Of a stretch of DNA of 64,000 bases, positions 1 through 10,028 are shown piece after piece; position 1 is the stretch's first letter, and each line of letters starts with the position of its first letter. Position numbers and translations under genes: made by a program. The notes under the pieces were generated by a model. It saw only the letters and a program-made list of their open reading frames with translations, was not told the DNA's origin and searched no databases. This stretch comes from Myxococcota bacterium (lineage in GTDB: Bacteria; Myxococcota; XYA12-FULL-58-9; JABJBS01), in the NCBI GenBank assembly GCA_036339465.1, contig JAYZAY010000073.1, positions 1 to 64,000 on the forward strand, read 5' to 3'.

Positions 1-79
1 AGCCCGCGCCCAAGAGGAGCAGAGGAAGTAACCAGGTAAAACGTCCAAGCAACTCTTTTTTCTCTCCCAACGATTCCAT
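1..79 (-). CDS. 5' part of a gene running off the window edge (MESLGEKKELLGRFTWLLPLLLLGAG...), probable membrane or exported protein
   Basis: ATG at 79 overlaps the mrp stop (TGATG); frame is open to position 1; hydrophobic stretch. Confidence 0.5.
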   Translation of the reverse strand, partial: MESLGEKKELLGRFTWLLPLLLLGAG

Positions 80-894
80 CACTGCACAATTCTCAATTTG
101 TTCTTGCCTCGGTTTTGTTTGGCCCGGTCAGCCTCAATCAGATCCACCAGGCGCACCATTTCCTTAGCTAAATCCCTGAAGATACCAGCACTTTCGCTGT
201 CCGGCACCGCCTGAATCAGAGGTTCACCGGTGTCACCGCATTCTCTAATTTTGGGTTCAATGGGCACGTGCGCTAAAACAGGTATACCCATTTCTTCGGC
301 CGCCCGCACCCCACCACCGGACCCAAATATATCATACCGCTTTCCATCATCGGCCACGAAATAACTCATATTCTCAATCAATCCAAGCACAGGAATCTTC
401 ACCTTATCAAACATGGCTTTCGCGCGATAAACATCCGCCAGCGCCACATTCTGTGGTGTTGTGACCAAGAGGCTTCCTGTCACTTCTATCTTCTGCGCCA
501 GAGACAACTGGATATCACCTGTACCCGGAGGAAGATCGAAAATGAGATAGTCTAACTCTCCCCAATCCACGTCATTTACAAATTGAATCACCGCCCCCGC
601 AAGCATCGGACCTCTCCAGATAACCGCCGCATTGGGGTCGACCATATAACCCATGGACATGAGCTTGAGCCCATACCGCTCCACGGGAATAATGGTTTTG
701 CCGTCGGGGGATCCTGGTCTCTCTGAATTCCCAAGCATAGTAGGGATCGAAGGTCCGTAAATGTCAGCATCTAAAAGCCCTGTACGTTTTCCCTGATGGG
801 CAAGGGCCAAAGCCAAATTCGACGCCACCGTGGATTTACCGACGCCACCTTTGCCACTCGCAACCAAAATCATATGCTTAATATTCCCAGCCAT
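79..894 (-). CDS. mrp: Mrp/ApbC/NBP35 family P-loop ATPase
   Basis: SGKGGVGKST, LDADIYGPS, WRGPM, DLPPGTGD, VTTPQ and ENMS motifs; start placed at ATG 894 after AAGGAAAGG; the CxxC after ENMS is absent. Confidence 0.93.
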   Translation of the reverse strand: MAGNIKHMILVASGKGGVGKSTVASNLALALAHQGKRTGLLDADIYGPSIPTMLGNSERPGSPDGKTIIPVERYGLKLMSMGYMVDPNAAVIWRGPMLAGAVIQFVNDVDWGELDYLIFDLPPGTGDIQLSLAQKIEVTGSLLVTTPQNVALADVYRAKAMFDKVKIPVLGLIENMSYFVADDGKRYDIFGSGGGVRAAEEMGIPVLAHVPIEPKIRECGDTGEPLIQAVPDSESAGIFRDLAKEMVRLVDLIEADRAKQNRGKNKLRIVQ

Positions 895-1028
895 CACGTA
901 ACCTTTCCTTTCTCTACACAGAGCGGTCAGAAACAACTTGAAGCCCATGCCCTATTTGGAATACTAGACAAAAGGCTAGAGCCACCGGGCTCAATCCATT
1001 CTCACAGCTTCTACTCGGTCGAGAAATA

Positions 1029-1853
1029 ATGAGCAAGGTCCTATTCCAACATGAATCTGAGGTCGTCGGCCCCCTGATACGTGAAGCGGGACGAATCGTC
1101 ATGGCCCACTATCGAACCGAGTTTACCGTCACCACCAAATCCGACTCGAGCCCCGTCACCATGGCCGATCTCGATGCCAATAGTCTGATTGTCGAGAGGC
1201 TCACCGCCGCATTCCCCGAAGACACCATTATTTCTGAAGAAAGTCCGACCACCGGAAAAAAGAACTCGGAGCGTAAATGGTTGATCGACCCCCTCGATGG
1301 CACCCGAGAATTCGTCGACAAAAACGGCATGTTCGTCATCATGATTGGGCTTGCCATCAAGGGTGAGGCGGTCTTTGGGGCAATCTATCAACCCACCGAA
1401 GATCTCTTCATGATGGGCGCAAAGAATTTTTTAAGCATTCAACAAGGAGGCAAAAACCTCACCCCAAACTTGAGCCCAACAACCCTAGGAAAAGATTCGA
1501 TTTTTGTCATATCGCGCTCACACCCATCCAAATCCGTCGAACGGATCACGAAAAAGGTCGAATCAAAAGGTGTGGTTAGGATCGGAAGTGTCGGACTAAA
1601 AATCGCGCAAATTGTCACAGGTCAGGGTGACGTCTACCTCTCCACCTCAAATAAAATGTCAGAGTGGGACACCTGTGCGCCTGAAGCCATATTAAGAGCT
1701 GCGGGAGGAACTGTCTCAGACATCACCGGCGCACCGCTCAGATACGGAAAAGAGTCCCCCAATACCAAGAGAGGCATCATCGCCTCCAATGGTTTGCTCC
1801 ACCATCTGGTGGTCGATGCATGTCGAGAAATAGTAGAAAAAAAGAAGTGGTGA
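1029..1853 (+). CDS. cysQ: 3'(2'),5'-bisphosphate nucleotidase CysQ / inositol monophosphatase family
   Basis: SPVTMAD, ISEES, WLIDPLDGTREF, SRSH and EWDTCAPEAIL motifs. Confidence 0.9.
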   Translation: MSKVLFQHESEVVGPLIREAGRIVMAHYRTEFTVTTKSDSSPVTMADLDANSLIVERLTAAFPEDTIISEESPTTGKKNSERKWLIDPLDGTREFVDKNGMFVIMIGLAIKGEAVFGAIYQPTEDLFMMGAKNFLSIQQGGKNLTPNLSPTTLGKDSIFVISRSHPSKSVERITKKVESKGVVRIGSVGLKIAQIVTGQGDVYLSTSNKMSEWDTCAPEAILRAAGGTVSDITGAPLRYGKESPNTKRGIIASNGLLHHLVVDACREIVEKKKW

Positions 1854-1871
1854 TAAAACCCACAAACCCAA

Positions 1872-2792
1872 TCACTGGTTAGAAGCGCCCGCTTCCGTCG
1901 AACCATCACTCGTCTGAACGCCCAACACCGCAAGTTGACTCTTCGCTGCCTGAGCATGCCGCCCACCTGCTTCCGCTAACTTCGTCAAAATGCTTCGAGC
2001 TTCCGACAACTCACCCAGCTTCATAAGGCTAAAACCCTTCCAATAAGACACTTCATCCAAAACACTCCTATCACTCTCCAATTTTTCAATTTTAAGAAAA
2101 ACCTCGACCGCCCCCCTATACTGCCCCAATTCCCGTAGGGTTGTCCCCAATAGGTATCTGGCTGCATTACTGTAACGTCCCTTATCCTCCAGGGCCAAAG
2201 ATATCTTCAACGCTTCAACCGCGCTATCTTTGTTTTTTCCTCGGAGGTCCCTCCCCTTACGGTATTGCTCAGACGCCGCTTCCTGGCCAAAGTCCCGTAA
2301 TTTTTTCTCCATCAATCGCTGCTCCAATGGGCTGAGTAATCGAGTATCCAAACCAATCACGGCCTTCATCGCCGAATTCTTGTCCTTCCCGTCCATTGCC
2401 TTCAAAAACGTTAACGCACGATCTCGAGCATGGGTCACACGTTGGGCGAGCTCACCTCGTTTCTTTTCTGCGGCGAGTCCTTTTTCAAGCTTGACCTGAT
2501 AATCGTTCTTGAGTGCTTCAGCGGCTTGCTTTTGTTGTTCATAATCCGTTTTCAAAACTGAAATCCGCGCGGATGCGATAAAGTAGGATGCGACCCCAAA
2601 AACCAAGCTAAAAACCAGGTAGCTCCCCAAAGTGGCCAACCTAAATTTCTTTTCGATATCGTCGAAGCGATTCTCAAATCCCTTCACATCAAAGGTCAGG
2701 TTCTTAACCTGGTTGTCCGTCTTAATGGATTGATTACGCGACTCAACCACTTCGCGTTTTAAATCCGTCAGTTCTTTTCCTAGCTCGCTCAT
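1872..2792 (-). CDS. Coiled-coil + single TM + TPR-repeat protein
   Basis: N-terminal heptad coiled coil, TM (LATLGSYLVFSLVFGVASYFIA), TPR-like helices (ARYLLGTTLRELGQY, SYWKGFSLMKLG); start 2792 or 2798. Confidence 0.7.
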   Translation of the reverse strand: MSELGKELTDLKREVVESRNQSIKTDNQVKNLTFDVKGFENRFDDIEKKFRLATLGSYLVFSLVFGVASYFIASARISVLKTDYEQQKQAAEALKNDYQVKLEKGLAAEKKRGELAQRVTHARDRALTFLKAMDGKDKNSAMKAVIGLDTRLLSPLEQRLMEKKLRDFGQEAASEQYRKGRDLRGKNKDSAVEALKISLALEDKGRYSNAARYLLGTTLRELGQYRGAVEVFLKIEKLESDRSVLDEVSYWKGFSLMKLGELSEARSILTKLAEAGGRHAQAAKSQLAVLGVQTSDGSTEAGASNQ

Positions 2793-3321
2793 AGCCAAAT
2801 ATTCCTAGCAGAAAACAGTGGTATCACTGGTGTTATCTCAATATCGCGGCTTCCAACAACATACCTTGCCAAAATGGTGATATCTAGGTTTTTCTAGAAT
2901 TCCCAAACTTATCGGTGACACTTCTCAGCACTTCTAGCTCCTTACATAGGCGCAACAACCACCCGATTATCGTCCCACAGGGTCGTCACCTGAGTTCTTA
3001 CCTTTCAATAAACGCCCCCATATTTCACCTCTGGAATCGATAAAACACCCATCTAGCCCGAGCGCCCCGGCCCTTTCATCCAATAGAGAGTGATCCGCCA
3101 ACAATACCACATCCTCCCAAGGGTAGAGCTCGGCCCCCCTCTGGAACAAACGGGTAGGCGGCATAATCGATGGAGCAACTGACATTAAACTTGGTGGAAT
3201 CCCCTGGCCAAACCAAGCCAAGCCATCTACTCCCCAGGAATACAACGAATATTTTTCAAATATTGAATCTCGACCTCACTCCATCCAGCCATCAATAATC
3301 CCAGTTTCTCCCGAACAGAGC

Positions 3322-4482
3322 TTGACGGCAACTCGAAGGGTATTGGACAAGGACAAAATGAAACACCTTCCCTGGGATTACTTGCAGTGGCTCAGAATAA
3401 TTGAGCAACCGGCACAGGAATCGACCCCAATGCTTGAAGCCCTTTTCGCCGATCTTCCCATCTACTGGAATCACCTCGTCCCTGAAATACAGAGGTCTTT
3501 GACCCAAGCCCTTGGACAATCCACCTTAGTCACGTCATCGGAATGGCAAAGACACCCAAATCATGGGGTACTTTTTAAGCAAGCACTTCCTCCGAGGCAG
3601 CGCCTACCCAAGGAGCTATCCAAAGCGGTCCCAATTCCCCAACTAAAGGCTGCCTTTCTCAAAGGAACAACCGAAGGCGCCAAACTCGTTGGCGAGACAT
3701 TGCGTCATACCAGGGTGACAAACCATACCCGGAAAAAGCTATTTTCACCCATGGCCGCCACAGATTGTGATGGGACCCTATGGGTGGGAGACATTGGTAA
3801 TTACCTCTTTGAGTGGCAAATCAAAAACAAGCTTATTGCCCCGGAAAGCAAACGTGCCCTCAATTGCTTACTAGGACGTCTCGACCTACCACCTGAGTCA
3901 AACGCACTCAATGCAGCCAAGCGGCTCCTCGATGCACTGAAGGCAGACAAGCTACTGCCCAAGGCCATCGCCTTAGGCCTCTCGCCGACCCAAGCTAGGC
4001 TTCAGCTTTACACCACCCAAACCAGAGCCATGGCAGGCATTTCCTTTTGGGATATCTTCGATGGCGTTCAGCAGATCCGCAAAGAGCGGCTCTTCCCAAT
4101 AAGCTGGAATACCCAACTCAGGTCGTTTTTGGAAAAAGTACAAACCGACTTGCTTGTCATCGCCGTCTCTGCAAGTCCCCTCGTGGTAATTCAGGCCATC
4201 CTCCCACGTCCTCTGAAGAGTCCCCTCGATGCCGTTGGGGTCAAGCTCCAAATACAAGACGGGATTTTCTCAGACTCCTTAATGGGCCCGGTTCCTTACG
4301 GACCAGGTAAAATCGCGGCACTCCGCAATATATCAAAAGACAATCCATTACTTTCATTTGGTGATTCCTGGAAATATACCGACAAAGAACTACTGCAAGA
4401 GTCAGGCATAGGCTTTGCCATCGGCCCCGGAGGCTCCCTCGCCGAATTGCCATCAAACTGCATAAGCCTTCCTGAGTCTTAA
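3322..4482 (+). CDS. HAD-superfamily hydrolase (IB / phosphoserine-phosphatase-like) with an unassigned N-terminal extension
   Basis: Motif I DCDGTLW, motif II SAS, motif III GK, motif IV GDSWKYTD; start uncertain. Confidence 0.7.
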   Translation: MTATRRVLDKDKMKHLPWDYLQWLRIIEQPAQESTPMLEALFADLPIYWNHLVPEIQRSLTQALGQSTLVTSSEWQRHPNHGVLFKQALPPRQRLPKELSKAVPIPQLKAAFLKGTTEGAKLVGETLRHTRVTNHTRKKLFSPMAATDCDGTLWVGDIGNYLFEWQIKNKLIAPESKRALNCLLGRLDLPPESNALNAAKRLLDALKADKLLPKAIALGLSPTQARLQLYTTQTRAMAGISFWDIFDGVQQIRKERLFPISWNTQLRSFLEKVQTDLLVIAVSASPLVVIQAILPRPLKSPLDAVGVKLQIQDGIFSDSLMGPVPYGPGKIAALRNISKDNPLLSFGDSWKYTDKELLQESGIGFAIGPGGSLAELPSNCISLPES

Positions 4483-4538
4483 CTCGATCTCCATTGCCCC
4501 TAATGCAAAAACAGGACTGGGCCGAGAACCTCTTGGGA

Positions 4539-5321
4539 TCACTCCCCGAGCGCTTCCTCAACAAGGATCAGTGCGTGCTTAAACGTACCAACCGCCAACA
4601 AGAGAGGAGGTCCAGGATGGGTGGAACGCCAATAAATTCTCAATCCACGAAAAAAACCTCGCTTAAGACGGAGCCAAAGGTCGTCCCCTTCCAAAATCAA
4701 AGAAGGAAAAGAAGAGTCAATCATTTCTGTGACCTCAACTGGGTCACCACAGTCTTCGGCTCCCTTCCTCTGCTCGTTTTCTTCCACATCGGTCCAATCC
4801 ACGCCAAATTCGATCCTGGCCGGCAAACAATCCGCCGGAAAATGACCTATCTCAATCACAGGTTTCTCCACCGGATACCGGGGGTCAACCAATCCATAAT
4901 CATCCAAGGCCGTCACCCATTGCAAATACTGCTCCGAAAACCCCACGGCGATCTCAAATGGTATGAGCGAGTCGGATCGCGTCTTAAAGTAGGCGGGAAT
5001 GACAAACGTTGGATTCGCTCCTATGGAGGGAAAAACATCATAAGACAGTGCATCCTGCATCGGAAAATCGAAGTTTAGCCTGGGCTGTTCGACCACAAAG
5101 TCAGTCTCAACCGTCACATGCAAACATTCCTGTAAGGTAACTTGAAGAAGTGAAAACCAATCCCAACGACAGATACGACGGCTAGGATTTAATCCCGCAA
5201 GCCAAGGAGAACTCGAATCTTTACCGCATCCGTCTTCGTTCGCCGCAGATTCAACCCCAAAGGTTGGCTCTGTGCCCCCCAGTAGCTGGCCGGCTCTGAT
5301 AGCGCTCCAACGGGATACCAT
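4539..5321 (-). CDS. Hypothetical protein, possibly decayed
   Basis: 260-codon ORF filling the gap below dtd; no recognisable motif; both ends uncertain. Confidence 0.3.
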   Translation of the reverse strand: MVSRWSAIRAGQLLGGTEPTFGVESAANEDGCGKDSSSPWLAGLNPSRRICRWDWFSLLQVTLQECLHVTVETDFVVEQPRLNFDFPMQDALSYDVFPSIGANPTFVIPAYFKTRSDSLIPFEIAVGFSEQYLQWVTALDDYGLVDPRYPVEKPVIEIGHFPADCLPARIEFGVDWTDVEENEQRKGAEDCGDPVEVTEMIDSSFPSLILEGDDLWLRLKRGFFRGLRIYWRSTHPGPPLLLAVGTFKHALILVEEALGE

Positions 5322-5420
5322 TCAGCACTCCTATTCATGCTTAGCAGTTTACAAATCCCCACACGTCCCAACTCCCGCGTTATTAATATCGACTGGCACC
5401 CCTAAAAGCTAAAGCAAAAC

Positions 5421-5867
5421 TTAGAGTTCTTCCGAATCGAGCCAAACGGTAATCGGACCTTCATTGCATAAAAAGACCCGCATATCTGCACCAAATACAC
5501 CCTTCTCAACCTTGACATCTAATGCCCCTAAACAGGAGGAGAAATAGCCCACTAAAGGCTCTGCAATCGCCGGCTCCGCTGCCCCACCGTAAAACGGCCG
5601 TCTCCCTTTCTTACAATCTGCGAAAAGTGTGAATTGTGACACCACCAGACAATCCCCATCGATCTCCCTAACCGATAAATTGGGACGGCCTTCTGCGTCG
5701 GAAAACACCCTTAAGCCAGCGACCTTACGAGCCATCATCTCCACTGTTTTTTGTGTGTCTGCCGGGCCAACCCCCACGAAAACCACGAGCCCATTGCCAA
5801 TGCGCCCAACGATTTCACCACATACCTCCACCCTGGCATCCGTTACTCGCTGAAGTAAAATCCGCAT
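5421..5867 (-). CDS. dtd: D-aminoacyl-tRNA deacylase
   Basis: MRILLQRV, SQFTL, KGRRP, FGADM, NEGPIT; GGAGG upstream of ATG 5867. Confidence 0.95.
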   Translation of the reverse strand: MRILLQRVTDARVEVCGEIVGRIGNGLVVFVGVGPADTQKTVEMMARKVAGLRVFSDAEGRPNLSVREIDGDCLVVSQFTLFADCKKGRRPFYGGAAEPAIAEPLVGYFSSCLGALDVKVEKGVFGADMRVFLCNEGPITVWLDSEEL

Positions 5868-5880
5868 TTTGCACCTCCAA

Positions 5881-7599
5881 TCACTGCCGAAAAAATTTCT
5901 TAATTTCCTGCCCACTTCGGGCGGTAAACTGCCATTCGTAGTGCATGTCACAGTCTTCATTCGCAATTCGCAAATCATGCTTCCCCGCAGATACGGGGAA
6001 TCGAGCCAAAGGCGTTACCCCAACCTTCTTGCCATCCAAATAGACCCTCCCCCAACAAGGTTCAGATCCGACCCAGAGAAGGCCGAAGGAGCGCTTCACT
6101 GCCTTTTGGGAAGCGCGCGACACCGTGCGTTTTACGGAAGTTTTTTGAAATTCAGGCAACCTCGTCGACCGAGTACGTCCTTGCTGGGGATCCCCTCCCT
6201 CTTCCCGCTTCAACTCAGTCCCACCCCAAGCTCGCACGTCCTCGTCCCCATCGCCGGAAGAACTCGTTTTCTCTTCCAAAACCCAATTCACCTTAGGGAA
6301 GGTAAAAGGGGCAGAAACTCGCACAGAAACCTCTGAATTCTGTACTGGCGACCTATCTAAAGCCCAGTCCCCCAAAAAGAGAAAGAGACCAACCATAACG
6401 AGTACAAACGAAAGACCAAAACGTGCACCAACGCCAAGAAACCGCGCTCTGACCGTCGGGCGTCCCGACTCACGAGAAGGCTCAAAAGACTCTGTCTGAG
6501 ACACCGCCCCATGATTAGCGGGTCTACTGGTCTCATTACCTAAGAAGCCTTGAGTGGTTGTACTCCCTCCCACAGGGGTGGAATCCACCCCATCGGACCC
6601 AGAATCCCGAAGCAATGACTCAGTCAGGCCGACCATTTTCGACAGAACTTCCGTCCCTTTCTTAAAGGTCGGCGAATCCACAACTCCTATGGAAGCCTTA
6701 AACCACGCCTGTACAGTCTCCTGCGGGTTTAGATCATCATCCCACCTCGCGCGACGACAAATCTTCGATATTTCCTTCATATCCTCGAATCGGTCTGACG
6801 GATCAGGAGAAAGCATCCTCATCAAAAACTGACTGATCCAATCCGGAGTATCGGGCCTCAGAGCCTGCGGATCTCGAAGTTCGAAATTCCGAATGGTCTC
6901 CATCAAGCTGAATTCGCTGTGCCCAGTTCCATAATAGCGATGTCCCGTCCAGAGCTCCCATAACACCAATCCTGCAGAAAACTGGTCACTCCACACAGAT
7001 GCTGGTTCTCCTCTAATTTGCTCTGGAGCAATATACGAAAGCTTGCCCTTAATCGTTCCGCAAACAGTTTTGGTGGTGCGAACCGCAGCCTTTGCAATGC
7101 CGAAATCCATCACCTTTAAGCTGCCCTGAGAACTCACCATCAAATTGTGGGGACTGATATCCCGGTGAACAACTTCTAGGGGCAGACCGCTCTTCGTGCA
7201 TGCCTGGTGCACATAGCCAAGCCCATCGGCTAATTGCTCCGCTATAGCCAAAAACGGACTGCGCTCAATCAATTGTCCCGACGTGCTAAGACGTTGGAAA
7301 ACAACGGATAAATCCAGACCATCCACATACTCCATCACCAAAAAGTAGGCCCCACCCTCAGTGCCAAACTCCTGAACCTTCACCAAATTTGGATGCTCTA
7401 ACTCTGATGCGATGATGGCCTCATCAATGAACATTTGAACAAAATTTGAAGAGGCACAATATTGAGATAAAATTCGTTTGAGTACATACTCTTTCGCGAA
7501 ACCCGCCGCCCCCTCCAAACGAACCAGAAAAACTTCGGCCATTCCTCCGGTACCCAGCTTCTTGACCACTCGATATTTGCCATAAGACAGCTCAGACAT
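5881..7599 (-). CDS. Membrane Ser/Thr protein kinase with C-terminal PEGA domain
   Basis: GTGGMAEV, VLKR, HRDISPHN, DFGIAK, APEQ; TM near aa 395-410; PEGA-like VYLDGKKVGVTPL...GKHDLRI. Confidence 0.9.
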   Translation of the reverse strand: MSELSYGKYRVVKKLGTGGMAEVFLVRLEGAAGFAKEYVLKRILSQYCASSNFVQMFIDEAIIASELEHPNLVKVQEFGTEGGAYFLVMEYVDGLDLSVVFQRLSTSGQLIERSPFLAIAEQLADGLGYVHQACTKSGLPLEVVHRDISPHNLMVSSQGSLKVMDFGIAKAAVRTTKTVCGTIKGKLSYIAPEQIRGEPASVWSDQFSAGLVLWELWTGHRYYGTGHSEFSLMETIRNFELRDPQALRPDTPDWISQFLMRMLSPDPSDRFEDMKEISKICRRARWDDDLNPQETVQAWFKASIGVVDSPTFKKGTEVLSKMVGLTESLLRDSGSDGVDSTPVGGSTTTQGFLGNETSRPANHGAVSQTESFEPSRESGRPTVRARFLGVGARFGLSFVLVMVGLFLFLGDWALDRSPVQNSEVSVRVSAPFTFPKVNWVLEEKTSSSGDGDEDVRAWGGTELKREEGGDPQQGRTRSTRLPEFQKTSVKRTVSRASQKAVKRSFGLLWVGSEPCWGRVYLDGKKVGVTPLARFPVSAGKHDLRIANEDCDMHYEWQFTARSGQEIKKFFRQ

Positions 7600-7662
7600 T
7601 GTGAAAAGGACTAACGCCTGACAAGGCTCCTGACTAGAGAGAAAGCTAACTTTTTTGGTTAG

Positions 7663-7998
7663 TTACCCTTTCAAAAGTACACTCTTCTTAGACGTTTTCG
7701 CACCCAATCGATTGAGTTGAGCAGGGCTGTGATTCGAAATAAGAACACGGGGCCGACCCTCTTCTCCATCCGTAGAATCCGCCTCTAAAGAAGAAACGTC
7801 TTGTCCTGAAGTATTCTCAGGCCCGGGTACCCCCTTAACCAAAGCTGAAAACTTCCGAGTAGGCTCTCCCTTTTGAGTCTGTTGCGCCGCGACCCGCCGT
7901 CTCTCAAGTTCGGCAATACGCTCGGGGTTCGTTCGGTTGAACCCTCGACACGAACCACTGATTCGAGCTTCAATTCGCCCAGAATTATTCTCAGCCAT
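7663..7998 (-). CDS. Small hypothetical protein
   Basis: 111-aa ORF with ATG preceded by AGGAGG/GAGGA; co-directional with the kinase. Confidence 0.55.
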   Translation of the reverse strand: MAENNSGRIEARISGSCRGFNRTNPERIAELERRRVAAQQTQKGEPTRKFSALVKGVPGPENTSGQDVSSLEADSTDGEEGRPRVLISNHSPAQLNRLGAKTSKKSVLLKG

Positions 7999-8131
7999 TC
8001 CTCGTAATCCTCCTGAATTATTGCCTCTTTATCGTTATACACCCATTACGGAGATCTGGCTACCAGGCTCAAGTGCTCGGCGAATGTGATTGCCCTTAGA
8101 CGTGAACTAGAAAGTGTGGTAAGTCCAAGCT

Positions 8132-9112
8132 ATGACGAATTCGCCCCCTACCAAAGAACTCATGTGGCTGATCGACACCAGTAAAAACCTGCTCTCCACC
8201 CGTGACATGGATCAGCTGGTCGTACTCATCGCCAATTCCTTTCAGACTCTCACGGGAGCAACTGACTCCACGGTGTTTCTCAGAGACCGCAAATCAGCCG
8301 AGCTGATCTGCAGGTTCGATGGCACGAAATCGGCGGCCAACCTACCCGCCCCCCGTTGGCTGGTCATGAGCGATTTGGAACGGCTCAACCACCGCCTCAA
8401 AACAGCCCCCAATAATGAATCAAGTATTCAGGATAAAAGATGTATTTATAGGGACGGCCGCTCAGGCATGGCTCCGATCACCGTTGATTCAGAAGTGCTC
8501 GGTATGGTCTGTATGCGGTTTTCCAATCACGGCGATAATCTTCCCTGTGATAGCTTCACACTCCTATCCTTGGTAGAACTCACCGCAGCAGCCGTAGAAA
8601 ATGCCAAACTATACCACCATGCCAGCAACGATCCCCTCACCGGGCTCCCGAACAGCAGCTTTTTCGTTCTAGAACTCGCAAAGGTATTCAAAGAGTCTAA
8701 ACCTGACTGGGAAGGCGGAATTATCTTACTTGACCTCGACTCCTTCAAACGCATCAACGAAAGCGGCGGCGCCGGCGGCGGCGATCAAGCACTCATCGAC
8801 ATAGGCGCGACGTTGCAAGACGTCTTGAGGACCGATGGGCTTGTGGCTCGATATGGCTCTGATAAATTCGGCATATTACTCGCCCCGGAAAATGAATTCC
8901 CCATGCACCTCAGGCTACGGGACGTGGCAGAAAGAGCGCGAGCGGCCATATCAGCCAAAACGTTCCACGAGATTTCCCTCTCAGCCTGCCTTGGCGGCAT
9001 CATGTTCAATTCCAACTCTGCGGAATCACCGGCTGAATTGATTGCCATGGCAGACGACGCCCTCGGCCTCGCCCGTTCCAGAGGCAGGGGGGAAGTAGAG
9101 ATTCATACCTAG
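8132..9112 (+). CDS. GAF-like + GGDEF domain protein with degenerate active site (GSDKF)
   Basis: AVENAKLY, DPLTGLPN, LDLDSFKRIN, GDQAL, ARYGSDKF, ADDAL. Confidence 0.85.
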   Translation: MTNSPPTKELMWLIDTSKNLLSTRDMDQLVVLIANSFQTLTGATDSTVFLRDRKSAELICRFDGTKSAANLPAPRWLVMSDLERLNHRLKTAPNNESSIQDKRCIYRDGRSGMAPITVDSEVLGMVCMRFSNHGDNLPCDSFTLLSLVELTAAAVENAKLYHHASNDPLTGLPNSSFFVLELAKVFKESKPDWEGGIILLDLDSFKRINESGGAGGGDQALIDIGATLQDVLRTDGLVARYGSDKFGILLAPENEFPMHLRLRDVAERARAAISAKTFHEISLSACLGGIMFNSNSAESPAELIAMADDALGLARSRGRGEVEIHT

Positions 9113-9135
9113 TCGGTCTTGCATTGCGAAGACCA

Positions 9136-9450
9136 CTACACCAAACCACCCGCGCCAAATTGCAATAAGAAAATCTTCGGCATCACCGAGTGAATCACCA
9201 ACACACCTTCCCCATTGGCACGAACATTTTGGACCTCTATCAAAGAGGAATCTATATCCAAACACGCCGCAAAAAAACGTTTCAAAGGTCGATCCAACTC
9301 CCCCTTCAAACCTTGACTGTCCAGTTGCAGCAAAAGCGAATCTTCAGAAACCTTTAAAACACGCGACATCGGACCTACACTGGTCACATGAACGGTGACC
9401 CTCAGTCCATCGGAAACTGGCTCAAGCCATTTGGGATATTTTAGATGCAA
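9136..9450 (-). CDS. Divergent DUF167/YggU-like protein
   Basis: Lies directly after divIVA; DGLRVTVHV...LKRFFAACLDI pattern resembles YggU; TTG start at 9450 is tentative. Confidence 0.55.
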   Translation of the reverse strand: MHLKYPKWLEPVSDGLRVTVHVTSVGPMSRVLKVSEDSLLLQLDSQGLKGELDRPLKRFFAACLDIDSSLIEVQNVRANGEGVLVIHSVMPKIFLLQFGAGGLV

Positions 9451-9472
9451 TGGATGCCGCTCGCCCCGCCCT

Positions 9473-10027
9473 CTAAACCGATTTGATCTTGGATTTTTCT
9501 GTCTGCCCCTTTGTACCTCTCCTGTGCGCTCTTTCAAAGAGAGCCAATTTCGCTTCAGCATCTTCTTCACGCTCTTCAGAAGCCTCCTCGTGATAAGCAA
9601 CCAGCTTATCATATGATCTTATCACACCTTTAAGCTCTTCAAGGATCCTAACTCGCTGTTGTTTTAAGTCAGACAGATCCCCCAGCATTTCATTCACCCG
9701 CCGGTGGGCTCCATGAACTATCTTTTCGGCCTTGATTTCGGCCTCAGCAACGATTAGCTCAGCTTCCTTTGAAGCACGTTCCCTGGCTTGATCCATCGCA
9801 CTTTGAGCCGTCAACAGAACCTCCTTTAAAGTAGATTCTTGTTCTCGTAACCGCTCAACCTCCTCAATCAAGGCCTGTTCTTCAATCTTGTGATCGTTGT
9901 TTTCCCGTACCAACTGACCCAACCGCTCACTGACCAAGGCGAGAAAGTTCTGAACCTCATCGCTATCATAGCCCCTAAAAGCATTTTTGAATCGCTGCTG
10001 CTGAACATCAAGTGGCGTCATCGTCAT
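9473..10027 (-). CDS. divIVA: DivIVA domain coiled-coil protein
   Basis: MTPLDVQQQRFKNAFRGYDSDEVQNFL signature followed by coiled coil. Confidence 0.9.
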   Translation of the reverse strand: MTMTPLDVQQQRFKNAFRGYDSDEVQNFLALVSERLGQLVRENNDHKIEEQALIEEVERLREQESTLKEVLLTAQSAMDQARERASKEAELIVAEAEIKAEKIVHGAHRRVNEMLGDLSDLKQQRVRILEELKGVIRSYDKLVAYHEEASEEREEDAEAKLALFERAHRRGTKGQTEKSKIKSV

Positions 10028-10028
10028 A

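Noticed and set aside
4494..5078. 194-aa plus-strand ORF
   Set aside because: Antisense to the longer minus-strand ORF; no motif and atypical composition
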